This document shows, piece after piece, positions 1 to 8,110 of a DNA stretch of 14,734 nucleotides. The first letter of the stretch is position 1. Each line of letters starts with the position of its first letter. Under the pieces are notes generated by a model that was not told where the DNA came from, made no database searches, and saw nothing but the letters and a program-made list of their open reading frames with translations. The stretch is from assembly GCA_024278695.1 (NCBI GenBank), contig JAJRSR010000160.1:1-14734 (forward strand), read 5' to 3'. The translations under genes were made by a program, and so were the position numbers. This DNA comes from Planctomycetota bacterium. GTDB taxonomy: Bacteria; Planctomycetota; Phycisphaerae; UBA1845.

Positions 1-631
1 CACTATCTGGCACTTTAACCACCGCAGGGGAATCACCACCGGACATACCATCACCAAACAGATTCGTCACGACGCCGACAAAACCCGCCGGAATCACCTC
101 GGCCGGGAGAATCTGAACATCGTACACATACGGGTTGAGCTTGTAGGTGCCCGGCGTGAGCACCTCTCGCAAAATCCCCTGTGTGCCGCTCTCGCGACCC
201 ACGACGATTTGCCCGGCCGGTGCCTCCGGACCAACACGGCGCGTCACCACGCCGATCTGGGGAAACTCCCCCTTGAACTGAAATGTGCCCGCTCGAAGCT
301 GATCGCGCTGCCGCGCATCGAGCGAATGAATCCACTCCCACGTGCTCGGATCACCCGAGGGGATCACCGTGAGCGGCTTGAGCTCCCAATCCCAGACGAT
401 CGGGTTGTAAAAATGCCGACCCGGTCCGAGCACCTCGACCTGAATACCGCGAAACCCCGGCTCCGTCGCCACACGCTGCCCCGACGGTAGCACGGTACCC
501 ATCTTGCGGATCAACACGGCGCAACGATCATGCGGTACATACACACGGCACGTCGTCCATGCGAGAACGCCCACGCCGGCCAGCAACACCAAAAACACAC
601 CCGAACCGATAAGCATCACACGACGTGTCAT
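1..631 (-). CDS. SPFH/band-7 (stomatin/HflC-like) membrane protein, paralog B; C-terminus runs off the window's left edge
   Basis: Hand translation of the minus strand from the ATG at 631-629 gives MTRRVMLIGSGVFLVLLAGVGVLAWTT... (an N-terminal TM helix), then YVPHDRCAVLIRKMG...GPGRHFYNPIV...PGTYKLNPYVYDVQILP, which parallels the upstream paralog's VYVNKTGKRLP...GEGRYFPNPYS...PGLEYYNPYLKQIEIVD. An in-frame stop lies just upstream at 659-661. It is absent from the ORF track because it is not closed inside the window. Its start overlaps the stop of gene A as ATGA. Confidence 0.6.
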   Translation of the reverse strand, partial: MTRRVMLIGSGVFLVLLAGVGVLAWTTCRVYVPHDRCAVLIRKMGTVLPSGQRVATEPGFRGIQVEVLGPGRHFYNPIVWDWELKPLTVIPSGDPSTWEWIHSLDARQRDQLRAGTFQFKGEFPQIGVVTRRVGPEAPAGQIVVGRESGTQGILREVLTPGTYKLNPYVYDVQILPAEVIPAGFVGVVTNLFGDGMSGGDSPAVVKVPDS

Positions 632-2214
632 TCGGCACCCCCTTTCGGAGAAGTCGTCTTAAAAGTTTGAAGCTGTTTGAAGACCTCCGCGAAGGGTCCG
701 TCCGTGTTCGACAAGACCGAGCGAATCGACGGGGCCGTCTTTTTCAGGAAGAACTGCTGAGCGTACGTCGTGCCGTCGCCAAACGCGGCCACGGCGCGCT
801 TGAGTGGCTCCGCCCGCGCGCTGTAGTTAAAGAGGATCACGTTGGCCTCCGCCTGCCCGGTGGCGCGGATCGCCATCGCGAGTTTTTCCGCGGCCTCCAG
901 CTCCAGCCGCGCCACTTCCAACTCTCGCTGCGCCTGCGTCACGGAAATGACTTTCCGCTGCTTCGCCTGCTGCACCGTGGTCACAACCTCACGCCGGGCA
1001 TCACCAAGCGCCCCATTCTGCTTCTGGAGCTCCTGCTGCTCCACCAGAAGCGATTCGGACCGGGCCTCTTCCATCTGATTGGTGGACCGCTCGATCTCTT
1101 GATCGGCCTGCTCCCGCTGCGAGATTAAACTCGCGATCTCCGCCGGCGGCTTGATGTCACGCACCAACGCTGATTTGATATCGATCCCCTGCGACCAACA
1201 TTCCCGGCGCAGCTCCTGCAGCAAGAGATCCTGAAACGCCGTGCGCGTCTTGCCGCTGATAAACTCACGCGCGCTAAGCTTGGACCCCTGAATGCGTGAA
1301 ATACTCCGGGCGTTTGGCAGGATGATCTTGTTCAGAATGTCAGACTCGTTGCCGTATTCCACCGTCACACGGGCCACATGCTCCGGACGCAGCGCCCACT
1401 CGATCGTGCCTTCGATAGCGATCGTAAAGCTATCGCTGGAGGGGAACTGGATCGCATCGGCACCGAGCATGTCGTACTTGTGGCTGCGAACGTCCACGAT
1501 TTCGATCTGCTTGAGGTACGGGTTGTAATACTCCAAGCCCGGCGGAACCGTTTCCGACTGCACGCCCTTTTCCCCCGGCTGCACGGTGTAGGTGTTCTTG
1601 GTTTTCGGGTCATCACCCGAGAGCAGCGTCACCACACCGACGTGCCCTTCTGAAATCCGAGCCGCTTTGAACCGCTGCACATCATACGCCAGTAGATTCA
1701 CGTAGTGCTTGGCCGGCGTAAGAATCTCCGCCTGGGGTCCGCGTTCGTCCGGCTCCGTCGCCACGGTCTTGGGGTACGGCAACGGCTTGCCGAACTTTCG
1801 GATCAGCACGCCCATCTCGTCTTGCTGGATGATCGTCGCGTCGAGCGTCACCGGCTTGATCGAGTATGGATTCGGGAAATACCGCCCCTCCCCCAGAACA
1901 CGATACCGTATGCCCTTATAGCCAACCCTGACGGCGTCTTCCGATTCGCCCGTGGCCGCCGCAATGCGCGACACCAACTCCGGATAGAGCACGACCTGAT
2001 CCCCAAACTCATCGGTGAGCGCCGCCGGAAGCCGCTTACCCGTCTTGTTCACATAGACAAGCAACTTGTCAGGATTCACCTCTACACGAATGACAAACCA
2101 AAACAACAAGCCGGTAACGACCAGCAGCAGGAACACGCCGCTGGCCACGGCCTGGATCAACGAAAACGGTCGCCGATCCGTCGGCGTGGCATACGGATCA
2201 CCCATGTCAGACAT
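628..2214 (-). CDS. SPFH/band-7 family membrane protein (HflK/HflC- or flotillin-like), 528 aa, paralog A
   Basis: ORF track 528 aa. N-terminal TM helix (FSLIQAVASGVFLLLVVTGLLFWFVI). Core SPFH pattern PGLEYYNPYLKQIEIVDVRSHKYDM...FTIAIEGTIEWAL...ILNKIILPNARSISRIQGSKLSAREFISGKTRTAFQDLLLQELRRECWSQGIDIKSALVRDIKPPAEI, followed by a long coiled-coil/EA-rich tail. Confidence 0.65.
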   Translation of the reverse strand: MSDMGDPYATPTDRRPFSLIQAVASGVFLLLVVTGLLFWFVIRVEVNPDKLLVYVNKTGKRLPAALTDEFGDQVVLYPELVSRIAAATGESEDAVRVGYKGIRYRVLGEGRYFPNPYSIKPVTLDATIIQQDEMGVLIRKFGKPLPYPKTVATEPDERGPQAEILTPAKHYVNLLAYDVQRFKAARISEGHVGVVTLLSGDDPKTKNTYTVQPGEKGVQSETVPPGLEYYNPYLKQIEIVDVRSHKYDMLGADAIQFPSSDSFTIAIEGTIEWALRPEHVARVTVEYGNESDILNKIILPNARSISRIQGSKLSAREFISGKTRTAFQDLLLQELRRECWSQGIDIKSALVRDIKPPAEIASLISQREQADQEIERSTNQMEEARSESLLVEQQELQKQNGALGDARREVVTTVQQAKQRKVISVTQAQRELEVARLELEAAEKLAMAIRATGQAEANVILFNYSARAEPLKRAVAAFGDGTTYAQQFFLKKTAPSIRSVLSNTDGPFAEVFKQLQTFKTTSPKGGAE

Positions 2215-2256
2215 GACCGAACCTTTCTAAAAAGACTTCCCGAAGAACTACGAAAA

Positions 2257-2484
2257 CTACACCGTATCATCCAACGACGCGCCACCTAACGGCCCATCGT
2301 CCAGCGGCTTGCCGCAACGAGCACAAAACCGCGCTCCGTCGCGATTACCATTCTTGCACGACGAACAGACCCGCGTACCGTCGCCCTCGGACGATCGAAA
2401 CGCACACCGCAGCAGCCACATCCCCGCAGCGAACAACAGCACCACAAGGACAACCACGATCATCGTCATCGAGCCAGTAACCAT
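2257..2484 (-). CDS. small membrane-anchored zinc-ribbon protein (TM helix + CxxC...CxxC), ~75 aa
   Basis: The C-terminal part of the 187-aa track ORF reads MVTGSMTMIVVVLVVLLFAAGMWLLRCAF...VCSSCKNGNRDGARFCARCGKPLDD: one TM helix then a zinc ribbon with two CxxC pairs. The internal ATG at 2484-2482 has a GAGAGG purine tract about 10 nt upstream. The longer N-terminal extension is compositionally odd (W/F/R-rich) and is probably not translated. It sits 42 nt upstream of SPFH gene A on the same strand. Confidence 0.5.
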   Translation of the reverse strand: MVTGSMTMIVVVLVVLLFAAGMWLLRCAFRSSEGDGTRVCSSCKNGNRDGARFCARCGKPLDDGPLGGASLDDTV

Positions 2485-2659
2485 CACGCAACGCCTCTCT
2501 TGAACGGCTTCACGGGGAGTATAACACAGTGCGACCACATGTGGCGTTATAACCTGCGGCCATGTTTGGAACGCAAAATGAGCCCGCAACACGCCGTTTC
2601 CGACCCGCACATGGGAGGCCCACGAGATGTGGTATATTGTCAAAAGGAAGGAGAAACGG

Positions 2660-2743
2660 ATGATGTGTGTCGTCGGTCGCTCGTTTCTAGCGGAAACCAC
2701 CGCATCGAAAGATACTCGCCACAGTAACAATAGCGACGATTGA
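2660..2743 (+). CDS. putative 27-codon small ORF (MMCVVGRSFLAETTASKDTRHSNNSDD) with canonical SD and extended -10; speculative
   Basis: GGAAGGAG (2647-2654) lies 5 nt before ATGATG at 2660. TGgTATATT extended -10 at 2630-2638, about 20 nt upstream. Too short for the ORF track; found by reading the sequence. Confidence 0.2.
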   Translation: MMCVVGRSFLAETTASKDTRHSNNSDD

Positions 2744-2900
2744 CGCTCGATTGAGCCCGAGGCTTGAGGTAGGTTGAAGCCGTCTTCGAAAACCAGGAAG
2801 AAACGAATCGTACATGACAATCACATCGACATGAATGAGTCACAGGCCGACGCGCGGCATCAATAGGGATAACGCACGCTACATGAAAGCCCTAACAACC

Positions 2901-3551
2901 CTAGTCCACGCAGAGCGAAGCCACAGCCGCGATCATAGCGTTGTCTACCTGTTGCGTGATGTCCGCTTCAGTGGCCGAGACAGTCAGGGTGTATAGCTTC
3001 TCGTTCTTGATCACATCGACCCGGTAGGAGAAGGTGCCATCCTGAGTGTAGTTCGTCTGACTGGCTTCGTCGCCGTTGGAAAGGATCAGTTCGAAGGCTA
3101 CCGCAACCGTTCCACCGGCCGCGGTGATGTCTGCGTTGGCCGTCGCCACGATGAGCGCCAAGTCCGCTGGGAAGTCTGTCCGGTTGACCTCGGCCGACAC
3201 GACCACGCCGACGCCGTCCGTCGAAAACGACCACGCCCCGGCAAAGTCCGCGTCCGCGTTGAGCACCTGCCCCGCCGCTTCCACGGCCAGAACATCGAGT
3301 TCGAAGCCGAAACCCTGATCGTCATTGCGGTAACTCGTACCGCAAGCCGCACCGCCATCGCCGGAAAGATCGATCGGATCGATCACCGTATCACCGTCCA
3401 CACCAACCGTGCTGGAAAGCGTCCCCGCATTGCCGCAACCGGACAGCAGCGTCGTTAATGATACGACAACGCAAAGCGCGAACAACGTCGCGCAGCCGGA
3501 CAGCAAAAAACTACGATTTCGCGAGCACATCGAAAGCATACGAACGTCCAT
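2901..3551 (-). CDS. secreted lipoprotein of unknown function (D/T/A/G-rich)
   Basis: ORF track 216 aa. N-terminus MDVRMLSMCSRNRSFLLSGCATLFALCVVVSLTTLLSGC|GNAG is a type II signal peptide with an LLSGC lipobox. The mature part is acidic and Thr/Ala/Gly-rich. The start could be M1, M5 or M8. Confidence 0.55.
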   Translation of the reverse strand: MDVRMLSMCSRNRSFLLSGCATLFALCVVVSLTTLLSGCGNAGTLSSTVGVDGDTVIDPIDLSGDGGAACGTSYRNDDQGFGFELDVLAVEAAGQVLNADADFAGAWSFSTDGVGVVVSAEVNRTDFPADLALIVATANADITAAGGTVAVAFELILSNGDEASQTNYTQDGTFSYRVDVIKNEKLYTLTVSATEADITQQVDNAMIAAVASLCVD

Positions 3552-3875
3552 CAGTCGACTCCGTGGCCACAGGATCCGGGCGGCTACCTAACTCCGCAAT
3601 CGTGAATCGGACGGCTCCAGGCTTCACTTAACGCGGCAACGTCCGAACACACCATAGAAATGAGCGTTTCGACCTATAAACAAAGGGTAAAGTCCGATCA
3701 ATTCAACACCGCCCAACGAACGGGTGTCCCATTCTTCGAGTACGCTCGAAGGGTGGGGGACGGGCCAATAGCGAAAGCAGCAACCAACGCCTAAAGGTAA
3801 CACTCACTCGAACCGCAGGCTTCAGCCTGCGCGTCACCACGACAACCAGCACCGCGCCAAACCGAATCAAGAACT

Positions 3876-3923
3876 CAAACAAAAAAAGGAGGCGTTGACC
3901 CGCTTTCGCAAGTCAACGCCTCC
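3876..3923 (-). terminator. Rho-independent terminator downstream of the recombinase gene
   Basis: Perfect 12-bp GC-rich stem GGAGGCGTTGAC (3888-3899) / GTCAACGCCTCC (3912-3923) with a 12-nt loop. On the minus strand it is followed by TTTTTTTGTTTG (complement of 3876-3887). It lies 31 nt past the stop codon at 3954. Confidence 0.8.
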
Positions 3924-3953
3924 ATGTCATGACCGTTTGTCGTGCTTCGGCGC

Positions 3954-4958
3954 TTACGCCCGTGGGTGGGTGTCGTCGTAGACGGCTTTCAACCTCGGGG
4001 CGGTCAGGTGCGTATAAACCTGCGTCGTGGAAAGCGACTGATGCCCGAGCAGCTCCTGGACGCTTCTCAGATCAGCACCGTTGTTGAGCATGTGCGTCGC
4101 AAAACTGTGCCGCAGCGTGTGCGGGCTGATACTCGGATCGAGTCCCGACTCGGCCAGGTACTTGTCCAGCTTACGACGTACACTTCGCGTGCTGAGCCGC
4201 TGACCGTGCTTGTTGACGAACAGGGCTTCCGGATCAAACCCGGCCGACCGTACATCGGCCCGACGCAGCTCAAGGTAGCGCTTGATCGAAGCGATGGCCG
4301 TAGGACCGATCGGTGCGGTGCGCTGTTTCTTGCCCTTGCCGCTCACGCGGATCGTGCCACCCTCGAAGTTCACATCGTTAAAGTTCATATCCACCAGCTC
4401 GCTCACGCGAACACCGGTAGAGAACAACACTTCGAGCATCGCACGGTCGCGAGCGCCCAAGAGCGTGTTGATATCCGGCGTGCTGAGCAGCCGGTTGATA
4501 TCGTTGAGCTCAAGGAACTTCGGCAGGCGTTTTTCCTGCTTCGGTGTCCGAATGGTCGCCAGCGGATGAACCTTCACATAGCTACGCCGCAAGCAGAACT
4601 TGTAGAAGCTGCGTAGCGTGGCCAGCTTTCGAGCGACGGTCGATTTGGAATAGCTCTGCGTTCCGAGAAACGCGAGATACTCTTTAATCTGGTCGGATGT
4701 GGCATCACGCAGTTTCTGCTGCACCGACACCTCAACCATCAACGCCGCCCCAGTTTCTGCACCGCCCTGACCCGCAGCAGCCACAGTGCGGCTGGCTGAC
4801 GAGAAGTTCTGCCGACCGCTTGCTGCCGCCATATTGCCGGACAGAAATGCGCAGAACTGCGCCAAGTCAGCAGAGTAGCACTTCGCCGTATGGGGCGAGA
4901 AGTGCCGCTCAAACTTCAGGTAGTTTAGAAACTCGTCAATCAATGAATTCTCTGTCAT
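3954..4958 (-). CDS. XerC/XerD-family tyrosine site-specific recombinase
   Basis: Track ORF 3954..5009. MTENSLIDEFLNYLKFERHFSPHTAKCY is a typical Xer N-terminus, so the start is probably the ATG at 4958. Catalytic signatures ARDRAMLEVLFSTGVRVSELV, HTLRHSFATHMLNNGADLRSVQELLGHQSLSTTQVYTHL, and a C-terminal ...YDDTHPRA as in E. coli XerD/XerC. There is an Ala/Gly-rich ~35-aa insertion in the N-terminal core-binding domain. Confidence 0.85.
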   Translation of the reverse strand: MTENSLIDEFLNYLKFERHFSPHTAKCYSADLAQFCAFLSGNMAAASGRQNFSSASRTVAAAGQGGAETGAALMVEVSVQQKLRDATSDQIKEYLAFLGTQSYSKSTVARKLATLRSFYKFCLRRSYVKVHPLATIRTPKQEKRLPKFLELNDINRLLSTPDINTLLGARDRAMLEVLFSTGVRVSELVDMNFNDVNFEGGTIRVSGKGKKQRTAPIGPTAIASIKRYLELRRADVRSAGFDPEALFVNKHGQRLSTRSVRRKLDKYLAESGLDPSISPHTLRHSFATHMLNNGADLRSVQELLGHQSLSTTQVYTHLTAPRLKAVYDDTHPRA

Positions 4959-5022
4959 GATCGCAGTCACACACCGGCGAAATCCAGCAAAACCCCCTGG
5001 TCGAGCCACGACCAGTTACTCG

Positions 5023-5259
5023 CTAACCTTCTTGCCGCTCTGACGACAAAGCGATCTGATCGAGGTCCGTCTCGATCCTTCGCCCCATCTGGTAACTCAA
5101 AACCGCCGCATCGAACCAGTCGAAGCAACTGTCTTGATCTCCCGCCATCGAGGCAAAGGCGTCGATCACTTGCGACTCCTGACCGGTCTGGTATCGGAAC
5201 ACGAACCGTTCCTCGCCCTTAACCAGCGACAGTTGTCGCAACTCACTCATGGTATCCAT
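5023..5259 (-). CDS. small acidic hypothetical protein (~78 aa)
   Basis: Track ORF 5023..5382. The upstream 40 codons overlap the preceding gene's 3' end and look non-coding (MAPLCGGAARFCAV...). The likely start is MDTMSELRQLSL... at 5259 or 5250. The remainder has good composition: ERFVFRYQTGQESQVIDAFASMAGDQDSCFDWFDAAVLSYQMGRRIETDLDQIAL. Confidence 0.45.
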   Translation of the reverse strand: MDTMSELRQLSLVKGEERFVFRYQTGQESQVIDAFASMAGDQDSCFDWFDAAVLSYQMGRRIETDLDQIALSSERQEG

Positions 5260-5279
5260 ACCCGTATGCTCAAAGGTCG

Positions 5280-6017
5280 TTACGGAACCACGGCTCCGCT
5301 CGGACCATCCAAAAGCTCTTGTATCGTGGCATAACAGCAATACTGCACAAAACCTTGCTGCCCCACCACATAGCGGCGCCACCCGTACGGGCTCTTGTCG
5401 GCACCACGAAGCGCCGCATAGCGCTTGATATCCGCTACAACAGAAGCATGCGAAGCGTCGAAAACGTGCTGTGTTTCTGCCAGCACCCGGCGACGACCGC
5501 TGCGCGTCAGCGACGAACCAGCCAACCGACCCGACCGAGACAACGCGACCGGGTCCACACCGCCGACGTTCGGGCCGATGCCCGTCCCGTACAACTGCGC
5601 CGAAATCCCAATGCGTGGCGGATCATAAGGCTCATACTCCGTCACCGAAAAAACCAAAATCGCATCCGCGCCAACCGCTCGCGAAACCGCCAAAGCCTGC
5701 GACGCTGTCCGAAGCCGGTCTTCGCCGGAGGCCATCATTGCGGCCAACACGCGACTCACCGGGATCACCGTCGTCCCGCTTGCGTAACCCAACTCGCTGG
5801 CCATCCGATCGGCAAATCGATTCGGATCAAAGTCCGTCGAGCCGCTCTGATTGATGGCCGGTGCCACCGCAATCGTAATCGGGCTCATCAGCCGGTTCGG
5901 AATCGTTGCCGTCACGGTCGAAACCTGACGCCGCATGGCACAACCCGATACCGCCGGTGCCACAACCACCACCAGGAGCATCCATCTCCAACCTGCGATC
6001 AACCGCATTGTCGTCAT
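5280..6017 (-). CDS. lipoprotein of unknown function (245 aa)
   Basis: MTTMRLIAGWRWMLLVVVVAPAVSGC|AMRR is a type II signal peptide with a VSGC lipobox. The mature domain is a mixed alpha/beta globular region (..VIPVSRVLAAMM..AILVFSVTEYEPYDPPRIGISAQLYGTG..). It lies between the beta-propeller gene and the small ORF on the same strand. Confidence 0.6.
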   Translation of the reverse strand: MTTMRLIAGWRWMLLVVVVAPAVSGCAMRRQVSTVTATIPNRLMSPITIAVAPAINQSGSTDFDPNRFADRMASELGYASGTTVIPVSRVLAAMMASGEDRLRTASQALAVSRAVGADAILVFSVTEYEPYDPPRIGISAQLYGTGIGPNVGGVDPVALSRSGRLAGSSLTRSGRRRVLAETQHVFDASHASVVADIKRYAALRGADKSPYGWRRYVVGQQGFVQYCCYATIQELLDGPSGAVVP

Positions 6018-6159
6018 CCCTGACTAGCATCCATGCTTCCGACTCGCACAAACCGGTCCAGGTTGGTCCGGCGATTAAGCGCCGGCAAGGCGTTCGGGCA
6101 AAAAGTTCATCGTCAATTCGACGGGTACTCTTGCGTCGCAACCGTTTTCAGTGCGATCC

Positions 6160-7389
6160 CTAGTGTCCACCGCGGGCAGCCGCCGGCTGCACCGTCGCCT
6201 GCGTCGGCAACCGGCTAATCACGCTGCCGTTGGGCGGTGCCATGCCGGTCACACGATTCCCGTCCGGCATGAGTTCCGGATCATTTTCCGACCAAACCGA
6301 CCACACATTCTCAAAGCCCGCCCGACTGCTCGTGAAAAACACCCGACCATCCGTGCCAAACGCCGGACCATAGTTAATGGAGAAACCGTCGGTCAGACGC
6401 ACCTTGCCTGCACCGTTGGCCATCACGGTCCAAATGTCGAACGTGACACCCCGTGGGGGCATGTTGTCTTGACCGTCGAGGTGGTTGGTCGGCTGCCCGC
6501 CGCCCGGAAGTATCGGACCCGTGGGCTCGACGGCCGTCGTCGAAAATGCGATCCGCTGACCATCGTGGCTCCACGCCGGAAGAATCATCGCATGCGTCGC
6601 GCTGGCCGCGAGTTCCGTTGGATAACGCGGCTCACCATCCACAAGCGTCAACTTCCAGATGCTAAACCAACGCCCTCCGCGCTCGCGGGCCCGCTGAAAC
6701 ACGATCTCGTCGGTCGTCGGAGACCAGTCCGGGAACAACCCGTAGCCAATGAAACGCCGCGACGCCCCACCAATCGCATCCGCCACCCAAAGTTCCCACT
6801 GACCGCCGTGCTCCGGCATGCTACAGAAAACAAGCTGTGTACCATCCGGTGACCACCCCGGGTGAATCTCGTCGGCCGCGCTCTGCGTGACACGCACTGG
6901 CATACCGCCGTTGATGCTCATCATCCAGATGTCCCAGTTGCCGCCACGGTTGCTCGCAAACGCAATCCGCGTGCCGTCCGGGCTAAAGACCGGATGAACG
7001 TCAGCACCGGGATCACTCGTAAGCTGCGTCACAGCCACGCCGTTGATCCCCTTGATGTACAGGTCCGGGTTCATGTTGTGGCGCGTGGACGCAAACGCCA
7101 TCGCATCACCTTTCGGGCTGATGTCGACGTCGAAGTCCGAGCCAACCTCGCCAAACGTATGTTGCATGAGCGGCGTGGACGGGCGCGTCACGAAAATCGA
7201 ACCGCGCTCGTTCGGCAGCTCACCAAACATCGTGATCTGGCTGGCGTGCGCTGCAGCGAGCATCGCACTCGGCCCGTTCGGGAACGCCGCTTGCGGCTTC
7301 GCCGCTTTCGAGGCGCAGCCCGTTGTCGCAAGCAAAGCAAGCGACGCGAGTCCACAGCACCAAGTTCGTGTCATCCGGTCGAATGTCAT
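6160..7389 (-). CDS. PD40/WD40-like beta-propeller periplasmic (lipo)protein, TolB-like
   Basis: Track ORF 6160..7479. Repeated PD40 signatures: SPKGDAMAFASTRHN, SPDGTRIAFASNRGGNWDIWMM, SPDGTQLVFCS, SHDGQRIAFST, GTDGRVFFTSSRAG. A signal peptide (MTRTWCCGLASLALLATTGCASKAAK) starts at internal Met codons, so the true start is probably 7374-7404. I chose 7389 (MTFDRMTRTW...). Confidence 0.6.
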   Translation of the reverse strand: MTFDRMTRTWCCGLASLALLATTGCASKAAKPQAAFPNGPSAMLAAAHASQITMFGELPNERGSIFVTRPSTPLMQHTFGEVGSDFDVDISPKGDAMAFASTRHNMNPDLYIKGINGVAVTQLTSDPGADVHPVFSPDGTRIAFASNRGGNWDIWMMSINGGMPVRVTQSAADEIHPGWSPDGTQLVFCSMPEHGGQWELWVADAIGGASRRFIGYGLFPDWSPTTDEIVFQRARERGGRWFSIWKLTLVDGEPRYPTELAASATHAMILPAWSHDGQRIAFSTTAVEPTGPILPGGGQPTNHLDGQDNMPPRGVTFDIWTVMANGAGKVRLTDGFSINYGPAFGTDGRVFFTSSRAGFENVWSVWSENDPELMPDGNRVTGMAPPNGSVISRLPTQATVQPAAARGGH

Positions 7390-8110
7390 AGCGTCATTTT
7401 CCATGGTTTGTGCTTCACTAGCGGCGAATTCCGAACAGTATCCAACAGCACGTTGCCCCATCGCACGCCCCGGTAACAAGCCCGAGTCCTGTACGTCGAG
7501 TCACTATCCCATCGGCTTGCGATCAGCAGCACCGTAGTTAGGACCGAATACTCTCGCAGCTTTTTCGGAGCAGCCGCGTGTCCCCAACCAAAATGCCGAT
7601 TGTCCGATAACATCCTACGTTGAGTAATCGACTCTTCGACCGACGCTGCTTCAGCCGTTATCGGACGCCGGTTCTGCGCCAAGATACGCGGTTTTCGCGG
7701 TCCCAAACTACCAACCATAGGAAGCTGCGTCCTACGCTTACCGGACCCTTTCCGATACACGTTGCAAGAAATGCCCACTCATCATCCTGAAATGGCCGAA
7801 CGCCAAGCACGAGGCGTCCCATAGCTCATTTCACGACGAACGCACAACCAGCGACACCAATGACCTGAAAAATGCGGTTTCGAGATAACGGGACTTCTCA
7901 CAATTAGCAGCCCGAGCTCGCCTTTGCTGCTTGAGATGACTAGACTTCTAGTGGAGTTGGGGGATTCGACGAATCGCGCTCCGCGTGCAACTGGGGCTAC
8001 GGTAGGGAAAGAAGCGTTCCTGCCAAACGCTGGTGATCGCTCTCGATGCGCATTTTCTGCGCGGGCGGGACGGGCGACCACACACTGATCGGTAACGGGG
8101 GTCATCGATT

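Noticed and set aside
51-490. ORFs 51..341(-) and 209..490(+)
   Set aside because: They fall inside the hand-translated SPFH paralog B reading frame region but in the wrong frames. Their composition is Arg/Gly/Cys-rich junk.
1705-2289. 194-aa plus-strand ORF (and 842..1078, 1292..1528, 1378..1653, 1709..1921 plus ORFs)
   Set aside because: They lie antisense or out of frame inside the SPFH gene. Their translations are Arg/His/Leu-rich with no domain signal, typical of high-GC shadow ORFs.
3942-4616. 224-aa plus-strand ORF opposite the recombinase gene
   Set aside because: Antisense shadow of a gene with unambiguous Xer catalytic motifs.
5319-6023. 234-aa plus-strand ORF (plus 5425..5628, 5471..5854, 5827..6141)
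   Set aside because: Extremely Arg/His/Pro-rich. They overlap the well-formed lipoprotein gene on the other strand.
6068-6085. hairpin CCGGCG-ATTAAG-CGCCGG downstream of the beta-propeller gene
   Set aside because: 6-bp stem with no adjacent U-tract on the minus strand. At best a weak or rho-dependent stop.
6862-7537. plus-strand ORFs 6862..7476 and 7043..7537, and small minus ORFs inside 6374..6893
   Set aside because: They overlap the PD40 beta-propeller CDS and lack its clear repeat signatures.
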